From positions 1,426,001 to 1,490,000 of the forward strand of contig OZ037844.1 in the NCBI GenBank assembly GCA_964035575.1: a DNA stretch of 64,000 bases, read 5' to 3'. The position numbers were made by a program, and so were the translations under genes. Of the stretch, positions 1 to 13,110 are shown one piece after another. This stretch comes from Rhynchopus sp. YZ270_cl-10. Lineage: Eukaryota. The notes below the pieces were generated by a model. It searched no databases and had not been told where the DNA came from. It saw only the letters and a list, made by a program, of their open reading frames with translations. How positions within the stretch are numbered: the first letter of the stretch is position 1; every line of letters begins with the position of its first letter.

Positions 1-1634
1 ATTTTTTTTTTGTTGTTGTTTTATTTCGGTTGCATGCGTCCGACGGCATCCGATATATAGTTTTGCACTTCCAACTTCTTGTTCAGGTACACAGCCACGA
101 GAGGGCTTTGTATTTTTCAAGTCAACGTTTATTTTGTTCTCTTTTTTTCGCTTATTTCCCTTCATATCCACAAAACGATATTTTTTCCACCATTTTTTTT
201 GCACACAAATCACGCATTAAAAAAAAAAAATGCTCGTCGGGGTTGAGGACGAACAGCATTTATACCTTCTGTAGTACAAAAAAGGGCTTCAGCTTCATTG
301 AGTACACACAGCGGACTAGTCAGGGTAATGGTGGCAGTATTGTGATGGGAGCCCATTGGAATACACAAAATACATCAAAGTACACGATGTATTTTTGATG
401 TATTTTGCGTATTCCAATGGGCTCCTATCATAATACTGACCATTAAGTCAGGGGGGCGCTACTGGGAGTGCTAGTAATCCACATGGCTAGTGTTTTTTAC
501 GACTGGTATTACACTAGTGTAACACTACTCGTTTTAAAAATTGTGGAGTGCATCTTCGGGTGGGTCTGCACTAATACTAACTAAGTTTTTCATCAGGGGG
601 GGAAAAACCCCCCAAAAACCCTTCTTCCCTCTCTTTTGGCAATGGTGGTTGTCATAAGTCACAAACTAATACTAAATTGCATCATCACTGTTTTAACGCA
701 ACACCGACACAACACACACACACACAAAAATCAACAAACGAACAAAGGGTAATATTCCGCTTTGTCGGGAGAACCACCCCCCAAATACACAGAACAATGA
801 AAAAATGATAAATCAAAACAAAAGCATCTCACCTTCCCCATTTTTTTCCCCCCACACGCGCTGCTAACCTCGGGGCTACGTCGTCCCTTCAGTGAAACAA
901 ACAAAGCTAACTCCAATGCTCACTCCGCTCCGCTGTGGCCCCAGCCCTGATAGGCTATAGTAGACACCCTGTGCCCTGTCCGCCAGGACACGAGGCTTTT
1001 TTGACTTATTTGCGTGATAAAATACCCCTCCCATCCCTTTCTGGTTGGGGCAATGGTGTTCCTGCTTACAACACTCTGTGCATACCAATGAAGTGCTCTC
1101 TGGGGTTCGATAGCAATGGGGTAACTGCTCTGTGTCCGATGAACGGTGAGGCGGTTTGCACTTTCAACTTCTCTTTTTTTAAAAGCGGGAGTAGCACATA
1201 TCAGATGTAAACCACGAAATGGATTGTAGGACTGCATGGTTGGGTGTCCACCCCACGGTACAGCCGCGTCATGCACTAAGATACTCTATCACGAGAGGGC
1301 TTTTGTATTTCAACTCTACTTTATATCAATGCCAAAAAGCTCTTGGCATATCCACCTCCTCCCTCACCTCCACACCACATCCACCCAAAACAGCATCTCA
1401 TCCATCTTCTGTTTCCCCCCCCCCCCCCCTTTTTTATATCTTCACGGTGACTAAGCTCAAAGCGGCTTAGGTTCATCTATTACAAACTTATCCTTTTTTT
1501 TCCTTCCTTCTTTTCTCCTTTCCCTCCCCCCTCAGGGGGTTTCCCTTTAAGGGAGCGATTCTTTTCTCCGCTTTCCTTGGGAAATACACATTATTTTACA
1601 CATCTCCTTCTTCTTCTTTTCCATTTCTTTTTAA

Positions 1635-3821
1635 ATGGAAATTCTTCTCATAGACCCTACTACTGGGCATCAAACCTTTGTTGATTTGTCGGAGGAAGAG
1701 ACGTACGCAAACTTACGAGATGCAGCAGCAGAAGCATTTCACCAACCGGCAGATCACATCTCTCTTACATATCATGGCAGCCCGCTTCGCAACGACGCTG
1801 ACTGCAGGGCTTTGGAACATCAAGCCGAGGTTTGTGCCAGCGTTTCGTCACAGTCCTATTACATTGCGCGGATCAAGGCTGGATACAAATTAGAATCGAT
1901 GCCGGAGTGGGTCCGCGGGGATTACGAATGCTGTGTATCAGCTGTCGAAACGTCTGCAGAACAGGTCGTCTATTGCAGCGATGAGATGAAGGCAAATCGT
2001 GAGTTCATGATAGTCGCGGCACAGCAAAGGAGAAATGCGTTGCACCACAGCTCCGCTTCGCTCCGTGATGACAAAGCCTTTGTGTTAGCAGCACTCCAGC
2101 TTGACGGACTGTTCCTTGAGCACGTCTCGGAAGCGCTTCAATCGAATTTAGAGGTTCTTCTGGCCGCGGTGCGCTCTGATAAAAACTCTTTAAAATTCGC
2201 GCCGCAAACGTTAACTGCGGACCGTGATTTCATGCATCTCGCTGTTAACGAAAACGGAAATACTATTAAACGTGCAGCTGATCCACTCCGTAAGGACCGT
2301 GCACTATGTCTCTCAGCCATCGCAAACTCCGGGCACGCCCTGAACTATGTCTCTTCAACTCTCAAGCGCGATAAATCGTTTCTTCTTGAAGCTATCAAAG
2401 CGAATCCTTCGACCATCCGTCACATCAAAGAACGTTTAAAAGGCGACATCGAATTCATGACCGCAGCAGTCAAGATTAGATCCGACGTAATGAAGCACGC
2501 TAAGGACCGTCTTAAAAAAAACCGTGTTTTCGTTGAAGCTGCTGTCACCGTGAATGGCACGTTGTTGAAGAGGGTGTCGAGCGCATTGCGGGCGGATCGT
2601 GAGATTGCCTTGAAGGCTGTAGTGCAAAATGCGGGGGCATTAAAGTATGTTACATCAGAGCTGAGGAGTGATGCGGATTTTATTCTTTCTGCGATTCGGT
2701 CGAGAGCGGTGATCAATTTGGATCAGGTTCCCGACACGTTGAGGCAGAACCGGTCTTTTATATTGTCGGCCGTCGCATTTCATGGAATGTACCTCAAGGA
2801 TGCGTCGGAAAAGCTTCAAGCAGACAAACCCATTGTGACTGCGGCAGTCCTTCATACCCCTGCTGCGATGAAGTACGCTGCGCCGTCTCTGAGGGAGGAC
2901 GCGAAATTTTTGTTAAATCTTGCTCGCAAAGTGGATGGAAGCAGTAGAGACAACAGCACGCAACGCAGCGAAGCCTCTCTGGAGGAAAGTCTCAGCTCTA
3001 GTACACTTTCTTCTGGCTGCAGTGTGCATCGTACGTCCTCTATCATAAGCTATGCGGCAGGGGAGTTAAAAGGAAACCGCAAATTCGCGGCAGACGCAAT
3101 AAAAATTGATGGCGGGTTTTTGAAAAGCTGCTCCGAAGAGCTACGCAATGATAGAGACCTGCTTCTGGCTTCGGTGCAGGGGAATGAAGACGTGCTTTCT
3201 TATGCTCGCGAATCGCTTCGTGCTGACAAAGCATTCATGAGGCTTGCGGTGAAGAAGAACGGACTTTGTTTAAAATATGCAGGAACCGCCTTGAAAGGGA
3301 ACTCCGCCGTCGCACGCCTGGCAGTCACACAGAACAGCAAATCCCTGAAGTACGCCTCTGCAGCGCTCCGGGGGGACACAGCGTTTATGATATTTTGCGT
3401 GCAGTGTGATCGGCGGTGTCTGCGTCTTGCAGTTCCTACATTGTTGGCGGACCCGGGTTTTATGTGTGAGGTGTTCCGTATTACGGGAGAAGATGCTACA
3501 TTGGTAGCAGAATATGCGCCGGTTGAGTTGGTTGAAAGCAATGCGTTCCTGGCAATGCTTGGCATAAGTCAATCCCAAATGAGAATAAATAGACGGGACG
3601 CCCGCAGGCGTATGGAGCAGCGTGCAGACTCGCCGCGTTCGCCGAAAAAAAGTGGTGAAGGAGGAGGAGGAGGAGGAGGGGCAGCTTTCAACGATGCCTC
3701 AAGTGCTTCCGAATGCAATCTCCCCTCCCTGCCAAGTACCCGTCTCGCGTGGAGTGATACCTCTGAAGCCGGCGAAACGCAGTCTCGTGAAAAGCCTGAC
3801 CACTGCTGTACGATTTGTTGA
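1635..3821 (+). CDS. Ubiquitin-like N-terminal domain + DUF4116-type helical repeat protein (728 aa) with C-terminal CaaX-like motif
   Basis: Intact ORF. First ~70 aa look Ubl-like (MEILLIDPTTGHQTFVDL...ISLTYHGSPL). Many ~25-aa repeats of the type LKYASxxLRxDxxFxLxAV follow. Ends CCTIC. Preceded by a polypyrimidine tract and AG. Confidence 0.8.
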   Translation: MEILLIDPTTGHQTFVDLSEEETYANLRDAAAEAFHQPADHISLTYHGSPLRNDADCRALEHQAEVCASVSSQSYYIARIKAGYKLESMPEWVRGDYECCVSAVETSAEQVVYCSDEMKANREFMIVAAQQRRNALHHSSASLRDDKAFVLAALQLDGLFLEHVSEALQSNLEVLLAAVRSDKNSLKFAPQTLTADRDFMHLAVNENGNTIKRAADPLRKDRALCLSAIANSGHALNYVSSTLKRDKSFLLEAIKANPSTIRHIKERLKGDIEFMTAAVKIRSDVMKHAKDRLKKNRVFVEAAVTVNGTLLKRVSSALRADREIALKAVVQNAGALKYVTSELRSDADFILSAIRSRAVINLDQVPDTLRQNRSFILSAVAFHGMYLKDASEKLQADKPIVTAAVLHTPAAMKYAAPSLREDAKFLLNLARKVDGSSRDNSTQRSEASLEESLSSSTLSSGCSVHRTSSIISYAAGELKGNRKFAADAIKIDGGFLKSCSEELRNDRDLLLASVQGNEDVLSYARESLRADKAFMRLAVKKNGLCLKYAGTALKGNSAVARLAVTQNSKSLKYASAALRGDTAFMIFCVQCDRRCLRLAVPTLLADPGFMCEVFRITGEDATLVAEYAPVELVESNAFLAMLGISQSQMRINRRDARRRMEQRADSPRSPKKSGEGGGGGGGAAFNDASSASECNLPSLPSTRLAWSDTSEAGETQSREKPDHCCTIC

Positions 3822-4667
3822 GTGGAAGGAGGGAGAGAAGGGAGGGGGGAAAATATTGCAATATGTTGTTCTGCATTAACTATCGTTCATCAAAAGGGTG
3901 ACTAAAGCAAGGCTTAATATTCATCTGATTTTTTGTTTTTGAAATCTTGTGGGTAGAAAAGAGAGAGAGGGAAGGGAGGGGGATGGTTGTGAGGGGACAC
4001 CATACCCCAGTCACACCTTGGTTTTTAGTTTTTTTTATTTTTTTGAAATACAACTATGTACTGTTATGGTGGCTAAGCAAAGGCTTGGATCAGCTAACAG
4101 ACCCCCGCTCTTTCTCTAAAGTGACTAAGGTAACGCGAGACGTATAATCGTTTTTTGCAAAGTTTCTCTCCTTTTTGCTTTTTTTTTTTCCCCCCCTCTG
4201 TTGCTTTTTTCGTTTAGTTTAGCTATAGTAACCATCGATTGAAGGTTCCGTCACCGAAAAAAAATCATATTTAAAAAAAAAAAAAAACTCCTTATTTCAT
4301 CCATGTGCCCTGCGCCCGCTGGCTTTCCGTGAGGTGTCTTTGCACTATTCAAGTTATCTTTCATTTCCCCTTCCTCTTCCCCTTCCCCTTCTCCCCGGTT
4401 CTAACAAAAACGTATCCTCGCCCATTAGGGTTGGTTTTAGGGTATCATCTTCAGGCATGTGTGTTGGGTTAACTAAAAAAAGGGGTAATTCTCGCGCAGA
4501 ATATGGCCCCAAAGAAGTATGTGGGTGTGTGTGTGCAGGACATAATATTATTTTTTTTTGTGTCATTTTTCATTTTTTTATTTATTTCTTCTTCTCTTCC
4601 CTCACTACCTGTCTTATGGCGTGGTTTGTCAAAAAAAAAAACTGGGAAACGGCGCGGGAAAAAAACC

Positions 4668-5574
4668 GATATCAGCCAAAATCTGCTTAGCCGTATATAA
4701 AGGCCTGTTTTTGGAGCCACTTTAAAGCGATAAAAAATCCGCCAAAAAAATGTTGCGACCCCGGAATTTTTTCAGATTGCTCCGGAAATGCATACAAGCG
4801 CCTTTTCGGGGGAAAATATTACACCCCCGGCCTCTCAAACGTACTTGACCGTGGACAGGTGGATTTTATCAATTTTATGGCCCGGGCACATTCTGAAAAA
4901 AAATATTCTTGGAAAGATAGGGTGCAAAAACGTTCAATTCCGGGGTCGGACGCTCAAAAATATGCATCTGGGGCGAGCGAGTGGGCAGCGGGAGAATGGG
5001 TACTATGTACTGGCTACTGTACAGTGTACTATGTATGGTGAGGAAACCTCCTATTTGGGTCCAACACAGTGGTGTCTCTAAATTGGATTTGTTTTGTCAA
5101 AAGTTGTCAATTTTTTTTTCTTTGGATTTATTTTTGACAAATCTTTCAATTGCGACCTTTTTTCTCAACTGGAAACACACTCCACGGTACGCAACTTTTG
5201 GTGGAGCCGACCACTCTTTCTGCACTGAAAATCCCCTGTATTACATGTACAAATCATTGGAGCCACTTTTTTTTGACTTCTACTCCACTAAAATGGTCGA
5301 TTTTTTTTTCTATGAAACGCGATGAGCTCGGAAATCGATACAAGCCCATTTTCGAGGTGTTTGGATAACAACTTAATAACTCAGGCCGCAGGAAAGCAAA
5401 AGTGAAAAAACTGCCGACGTCATTTCACAAAATATTTTTTTTTTTATTTTTTTGAAATTTTTTTGGGATCGAAATGAGTTAAATGCGGGGTCGTAGGCTC
5501 AAAAATTTGCATCTGTGGTTTATTAAGTGAACGAGGCCCCGAAGTATACGGCTAAGCAGATTTTGGCTGATATC
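4668..5574. mobile_element. Non-autonomous TIR element (MITE-like), ~0.9 kb
   Basis: 30-bp inverted repeat GATATCAGCCAAAATCTGCTTAGCCGTATA at 4668-4697 and 5545-5574. The palindromic GATATC ends leave the TSD length ambiguous. Confidence 0.75.
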
Positions 5575-5678
5575 TTACCCTGAATGTACCCTCGAAAGAA
5601 AAAAGAAAAAATTCTGAATGGTGAACGGACTGTCTACAATGGCAGTAGCACTAAACAGATTATCACAACAACAAAAGA

Positions 5679-5720
5679 TAGTGAAGACTGCCTGAATGGC
5701 AGCTACACTAAACAAACAAA
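5679..5720 (+). other. Conserved intergenic hairpin family D, representative copy (others 5619, 10237, 15735)
   Basis: TAGTG-AAGA-CTGCC-TGAAT-GGCAG-CTA-CACTA-AACAAAC. Confidence 0.6.
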
Positions 5721-7655
5721 TTACCAAAAAAAGGAAAAAAAGAAGGGGGAAAAAAAAAGTGAACACGAAACTCCCCAACCCATACCATCATAGACTTTTT
5801 TTTTGCCACGTCGTGGGGCCTGCCCGCGAGGGTGGTGTGTCAACTCCTACACATTTCCCCAACACGACAAATCGACACCTTTTTTAAGGTTTTTTTCACC
5901 TTCTCTCTTTTTTACTTTTTGCTAAACATGTCAAAAAAAAAGCAAGGGTACATTTTTTGCACCCTCTTTGCATTCTTTTTTTGTTTCGTAAAGAAAAGAA
6001 TGTATATGAAATAACCTTCTCTTTCAAACCACACACATGCACATTTTCTCTCGTTCTCGTACGTTGGGTTCAGCGCTGCAAAGATTAGCTTCATCGTTAA
6101 AAAAAAGCGTGGAGTTCACAGGTGGTGTCTGTACGCTATCAATTTTTTAATTTTTTCAAAAAAAAAAGGCACTCTTTTTTTTTTTTTTGTGTTTGTTTGG
6201 GTTCTTTACATGATGTGTAATGTGAGGCCTATTCATATTTCAATGTTTTCCCCTATTTTTATCATTTTTTTTTAGTGTTCAGTGTGTGCGTGTATTTGTT
6301 TTATTTTTTTCTTTCCCCCTACATCTTCTTTTTGTCCTGGTACGGAGGTGTCTGTCTACATTGGGGGGTTTTTTCCCCCCCTTTTTTTTTTAATTTTTTC
6401 CAGTGCCTGCGTCCGCCGATTGAACGGTGTTTGCACTTTCAACTTCTGAGCAGTGGGCTTTTTTGTCCCCCTTTTTTTTTTAACTTTTCTTACAACCACC
6501 CTCTCCCCACCCCCAGTGGGTGTCAATACAAAGAAAGGGGGGGCGCAAGGGCAGCTAACTACATGCGTTTTTCTTTTTTTGGGAGTCCCTTGCATGCCTA
6601 CTGTTCGCTAGAGTAGTCAGTATAAATGAATCTGTTTTTTTTTTAAACAGTACTCCAAACGTATTTGGCGCAAAGAAGTTGCCAAATTAGACCAAAAAAT
6701 CCACCAAATTTTGGAGTATTATTTTTTTTTTTTTGGATCCCCTCACCATGCTGTCCTCTAAATCCGGTTTGCGATTTGGGATTTTCTATAAGAAAATTTT
6801 ATAGGAAAATTTTATTTTTGCAGGTGAAAAATTTTTCGTATAGATATGGGGCAGTGTCTTTTTGAAATGGGGGCGCCCGGGGGGGTCAAAAGAGTTAATG
6901 GTACAAACGTGGTTGAACCACGGGAGTTCCCTGGGAAACTGGGTTGCTGACCGCACCATGAAATCCCAGGCTGTACCCTAAATTTTTTTTGCCTGCGGCG
7001 CCATTTTTCCTTTTTTGCTCCGCAAAAAAGGGTTCGTTGAGTGACTCTGTCGTGTAAAAAGCTAGATTTTTACACCCTGCCCTAATTTTTTTTCGCCTGC
7101 GTCGCCATTTTATATACAGTTCCCTATGTTCTCAATGTCTTCCCTGGTCAGCAGTGCTGGAAATAATATTGGGCAACAAAACAAGCTGACCCCCTTGAAA
7201 TCTGGATTCCTGGATAAGACACTGGGGTGGGGGAAGAGAAAAATATGACCATCCGCACTGCGGCCCTACAACAGCAAAAAAAATATCTTCTCCAGTTGTG
7301 CGCGAAAAATTTTCGCGCGCAGCGCGAAAATTTTTTTTTTCTATAAGAAAATTTTGCGATTTGAAAATCAGAAAATCCCTGATTTTTCCCCGATTTAAGG
7401 ACATGCTTGCCCCTCACCCCTTATTTATATCATTGCAACAACAAGAAAAAAAAAATGCAAACCCACGGGACAACGTGCTGCAAAAGCGCACTTCTTATGC
7501 AGGGTGAAAATTACCCCGTGGTTTGTACCGCTGGTGACAGCGCAAAAAGAAAAAAAGAAAAGAAGGCATAAAACAAAGGCTTCGGCCAGCACTGAGTACA
7601 GACCCGAATTCTCCCACTTGGGATTACTCGGCGATTGTCGACACAAAACAAATTA

Positions 7656-7700
7656 TAGTGGAGTTCATCCTCGGGTGTCTACACTAATACAACCAAGTTT
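7656..7700 (+). other. Conserved intergenic hairpin family A, representative copy (others ~543, 6106, 7878, 10509, 13857, 16787, 43879, 47850, 49067)
   Basis: TAGTG-GAGTT-CATCC-TC-GGGTG-TCTA-CACTA-ATACAAC; all copies in the same orientation. Confidence 0.65.
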
Positions 7701-10700
7701 TCAAACAAAGAGAAAAGAAAGGCCATAAAGTATTACGCAAAAAGAAAGCCAAATGAGCGCATCGTCGGATGCGTCTTCGACTGACCCAAATATTTCAACG
7801 AACAAAGAATGGAAGATAACAAGAAAAAAAGAAAAAAAAAAACAAAAAGTCAAACCAGAGATACGTGAGGAACGTCTTGCGTGGAGCTCACACGAACAGC
7901 GAGGTGTCTACACACATCAATTTTTTTTTCATTTTTTCAAACAAAAAAAAAAATATTGCGCGCAGACTAGGTTCCCCTCCCAAGCGGGTCCTTAGGCGAT
8001 TGTCGACAAAAAAATGTCAATATAAAGGGACCCCAAATAAGTTGATTTTTTGGGTAGTGTTGCTCGAAGCAAAACGAAGTTATTTGAAAACTTATTTGGG
8101 GGTATCCTTTATGGGAAATAGTATTGTTTTTTTCTTCTTAGCGACCCCTCTCAACCTTGGACGCAATTTGACGCTACCAGTCGACAAATTTTCTGTTATT
8201 AGGTTTTTTGTAGGGCATTGCATTGTGAACGAGGAGGGAGGTGTGCGCTCTGCCCCTCTAGGGTGTGTTCCTCCCTTCTATATCAAACGCGGGTTCTTTT
8301 TAACAAAAAATCTGATTTTACCTGAAATTTGGAAGGTGTTACCACCAAACACCACCAAATTTTCAGGCAAAATTAGGTGCCTTTTTTTTTGTGATTTCAT
8401 CCCGGATGGCTGGCATCGTACAGTGGGTCAGTCGGAGGTGCGTGCATCAATAACTACAGTTTTTTTTTTTGTTTTTTTGTTTTTTAAACACGGTCAATAA
8501 ATCAATTTACAATGTGTCTCTTCACTCCCATTCTTCTCTACTCAACAACTATTTTTTTTTTGCCAACTTTTCAGCACGGTTATCAACACCTTCGAGATTT
8601 CTTTTTTTTTTAAATGGTGACAGATTGATAAGAAGGTCACGATCCATTTTATTTTACACAGTCGTCAATACTAAAAAGATCGGAGACAGCGCTTTTGGGC
8701 AATAAAAAAAATCAAAAAACGGAAAAAAAAAGCATTGCAATTTTACTGTTTTGATTCACACACACACCAACACTAACTGCAGTTTCACACCTTTTTTTTT
8801 TTTTTTTCCACCCTTTTTTTATCACCCAGCTTTGAGCGCACAAACAAAGACCCGATCTTTTTTTCTTTTCTGCTGTTGTACAACGAAAAAAAAAAAAATG
8901 TATTATCCGAGGTTCGATAACCAAGAGGAAGTTCAGTGCCTGAGTCCACAGAGTCGTTTTGCACTTGCAACTTCCATTTTAATATAACGATTTGCAATCA
9001 AACCTACACGCCAGCCCAGCTACGGCCAGCTATATTAGCACTGTCCATAAGTAGTCTTGCCGTAAGAAAAAAAATTATTTTGTTATTTTTTCCGGCTGGC
9101 CAGGGAAGAGATATTTCAGTGGGCGTCCCCACAAGCGGAAGTGACACCTCAACCGGTTTCCCTCGCCGCAAAAGTTTGAGAGGTTACGAGAATTAAAAAC
9201 AATGTAGAAAAAAAAAACAAAAGGTGACTAAGCATGAGAGGCTTAGAGTCATAAACTTTCCTCCTTTATTTTAAAACCCTTTTCTTCTTTTTTTACATTG
9301 GGCGAATTCCCCGTTAGTGGATCTTTTCTTTGATCTTTTTTTTTTGTCATTTTTTTTCTATTTCGTTCTTTATAAAGTATACACGAAAAAAACATCGGTT
9401 ATGTTGTGTCAGACCTACCTTCGAGTGGGCGATTTTTTTAAATATTTTGTTGTCGATACAATAATGCTCTTGCTCGTTGCTTTCTCTTTCCTTTACAAAT
9501 GGAGGTCCCAAATATCTCCCCCTCAATAGCTATTTTTGCCGAATATGGTGCGCCCTATATGGGGGGTTTGGGGCATACCCGAGAAGGACCCTTTTCTTTG
9601 CACCTAATTTTATGGTGCCCTGCGCAGCGAGCGAAAAAAAAAATTTTTTTTTCCCGCCGCGATTTTTTGGCTTTTCAAAGATACCGAATAATAAAGTTAA
9701 TTGGGACCCCCCTCCCCTTTAAAACGTTTTTTCCCCCCTTTTTAACGAATTGTGTGCGTTGTGCGCACACACATGCTGCCCCCCCCCCCCCCCCCGCTCC
9801 TACCTTCAGTTTACCTTGCTATTTTCTCTCTTTTTTTTTTTTTTTTTTTTTTTTTGCAAGGCTCCATAGAAGTGTCTATACGCTATCTTATGAGTCCCTG
9901 AAGGCAGGCTTTCCCCTCTTCCACTGTGTGGTGTGACTGGTCAGACCCCCTGGTAAATCATATTGTCATTCATTTCAGACTTTCTTTGAAGGAAATGCAA
10001 CTTCCGTCAATATGCCAAGCCATTGATGTCTGAAGTCCTCCCCCAAATCAACGAAAACCCCCAATTTTTTTTTCTTCCTCTTTTCCCCTGCTCGTTCTGG
10101 TCGTCTTCTTTCCCTTTGAAATATGTGTTGTGCCCCACCCCTTAGAGATTACGTACCTTTTAACTTACAAAAGTTACTACAGTGACATACAATACAAAAC
10201 AAACAGAGTAGCAAAAACAAAAGCAAAAAAAAAAGATAGTGAAGACTGCCTGAATGGCAGCTACACTAAACAAACAAATTGCCAAAAAACAAAATAAAAC
10301 AAACTTTCAAATCCCCCGTTTAGAGATATGTTCACTTTACAACTTTTCCTCCTTTTTTTTTTTTTTTTTCATTGGTCAAAGGGAATATTTTTGTTGATCC
10401 CTTTTCGTGTACTTTCAAATCATTGAAGGTTTTTGTTCTAATACTCTTTGGTGTGGTGTACGCGTCATCTTCCAAAGATTAAACGGAAAAAAAAAAAAAA
10501 AAAATGGAGTGGAGTTCACAACAGATGGGGTCTAGATGTCAAAATTTCAAAAAAAAAATAATTGTGGCCCCGTTTTTGATACAACGAAAACAACGATTAC
10601 ATTGGCTTTCATGAGCAACCAAGTAGTCCTGTTTTTTTTATTTTGTGTCAGGTCAACCCAAAGAAAAAAAAAGGTTTTCAAAAAAGCTCTGTTGATGATC

Positions 10701-11061
10701 AACAGAACTTCGTTAGGTGCCCTCCCCTCCCCACTCGGTTCTGTTTTGAAAGAGAAAAACAAAAAACAAAACAAAACAAAACAAAAACACAAAGCAAACA
10801 TAACAAAAACTTCATGAAAACCCGTTCAAACCCCCCACTCTGCTTTCTTTTCTTTTTTCACCCCCATGCGCATCACTCCGGGGTTTGATAACCCACGGAG
10901 TGTCAGTGCCTGCGTCCCAGAGGCGTTTGCACTATCAACTCCACTTTCTTTTTTATCGTCTTTCCCTAAACAAAGTATCATTGTATCAGTTGGGCTGTGC
11001 GTCAACCCTGTATTTCCTTGGATGAATAATCGACGAGACGTCGATTTTTTTTTTATACTAA

Positions 11062-13110
11062 CATGGCTTCATAAATATATTGAATATCGTCAATATATTG
11101 ATTTGGTGATGAATATTATTGATTGAATATTGAAAGTGTCAATAATATTGACTGAAAACTGTCAATATTTCAATAATATTGAAATATTGATCATATTATT
11201 GAATATTGACGTTGCAGTGCCTGCTTTTTCCTTGACGGGAGGCCATAGCTGAGAATAAGACTTGGGGACCCGGGACCCGGTTATTCTCAGTGGGACTGGG
11301 CACAATATGTCGAAAACGCTGTGAAAACGCCTGAAAGCGGGTCAGGGACCCGGGCGCGGGAGGGTGGGGGTATTCCCAGTCCCTAGTCCTGGGACTGTAC
11401 CCAGTGCCCAATACCCGTCCTAGTTCTAGTCCTGGGACAGTACCCGGGACCCGGCTTATTCTCAGCTCCCTTCCAGCCACAGAGTGGAGAGACAAAGGGT
11501 CAAACTTTTCTGTTGAAGCCATGTGCGCAACATTTCAAAGATTGTGCCATAAATCGCACATTATCACAGCCAAACTATATCATGGATAGGGTAGAGCTGT
11601 GGGCTACCGCTCGTAATTCCTAAACACTTGTGTTTAGGTTTTTAAGGTTGCTGCCCTCCCAGTACCCCCCTGGTGCACCCACCCGAAAATGCACTAAAGT
11701 GTAAGATTTTTTCGGCCTTGGAAATATTGGGCCTCAAAAATGCGGATCACCAAATCAGATCTGTGAGAGATTTGTTTTTAATTCCTATTTTCGTGTCGCG
11801 AGTTTACGTGGTAAATGCTTTAGAAACGTGCGTTCCTTAAGTACCGTATGGGCAAAACAGGCGTTTTTCACCAAAAATCGGGATTTTCGCCTTTTTGGGT
11901 GGTTTTTTGGGCCCATACCCGGCTATATGGACCGGGAAACGCGATTCTGGGGTGCTAGAACCAGGTCTAGGCCGCACAGGGGTACTTCTGTGGGCAAAAA
12001 CAACCCACAAAACCATGCACTGCGTTGTGTTCTGTGACCATTCAGGTGTTTTAGCTAGTGTACGAGGCGTTGCGATCGATTTGGTTTCGTTCTCGCTCAT
12101 CAACCACACGAGCTAGCAAAAAATATTTAGGATTCGCAAAACCAAATTTTGTCCGCGCCGCAGGCGCACGGTGCGCTACTTTTTTATGAGAGTTGCGAAC
12201 ATACATTTGAAAAATTCATCCATCCACATGTCTTTTTTTATGAGAGGATCAGTGAGTAAATAGTTCCGCTTATGGGCCCAGGAGGCTTCCCCTGGTCAGG
12301 GGTGGGGTTTGCTGCTTGGAGAGGAGGTTGTTCTGGGTACAGAACGAGAAAAAAGAGTAGTTGAAACCGTGCTAAAACGCAGTCGAGCTCATGCAAAGGG
12401 TAGGAGGTGGGTGTTCCGTACCGTAAGAGAACGGAGGCGGTTCACAACCGCTCGACGAATCACGCGACCTCTTTATACCCCAGCCTTTTTAACAGCCAAA
12501 AAAACTCTATGATTTTGCGTGTTACCGTGGGACTCTAAGGGCAATCATGGCTCAGTTCGTAAACGCGCACGTGCCATTCAATGCCATCGCGGGGGAGCGA
12601 CTTGCCTTGTGGCATCAGATGGCTCCTTAGTGGGGGGATCTACGCGGACAGTGAGGGGGGGTGGGGAACAGCATTCTCTACCTGGCTTCTGAAGAAGGGT
12701 GTCTTCCTTTGGGGCTACCGCGAAGTGCAATGCGGACTCGAGAAGTCATGTGGAATTTTGTCATAGTTGGTATCACACAAGTCGCCATATTTTTTTTGCA
12801 TTTTTTGGTCCAAAGTTCAATTACCAGTCCTGTAAATTGGGGCAATTTTTTTGTGCCTCAACTCGGGCATGTTTTTATGTGTGGTGCACGAGTTGTGTGA
12901 GGTTGGAAGATGCAGAACCAGTTTCCAAGGGGCGCAAGACCATTGTGTGAAGGAAAGTGTCAATATATTGATCAATATTTGCAAATATTGAATGGGAAAT
13001 TTACACGGTAAAAGTGTCAATATATTGAAAATTTCCTACGTGATATTGATCAATATATTGATATTGAAAAAAACGTGAAAAAAAATATTGAATATATTTA
13101 TGAAGCCATG
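11062..13110. mobile_element. Non-autonomous DNA transposon, 2.05 kb, with 6-bp TSD
   Basis: TIR CATGGCTTCATAAATATATT / AATATATTTATGAAGCCATG. TACTAA duplicated on both sides (11056-11061, 13111-13116). Subterminal AATATTGA repeats at both ends. Confidence 0.85.
11247..11467. mobile_element. Small TIR element nested in the 11062-13110 element
   Basis: AGCTGAGAATAAG ... CTTATTCTCAGCT inverted ends; internal GGGACCCGG repeats. Confidence 0.55.
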
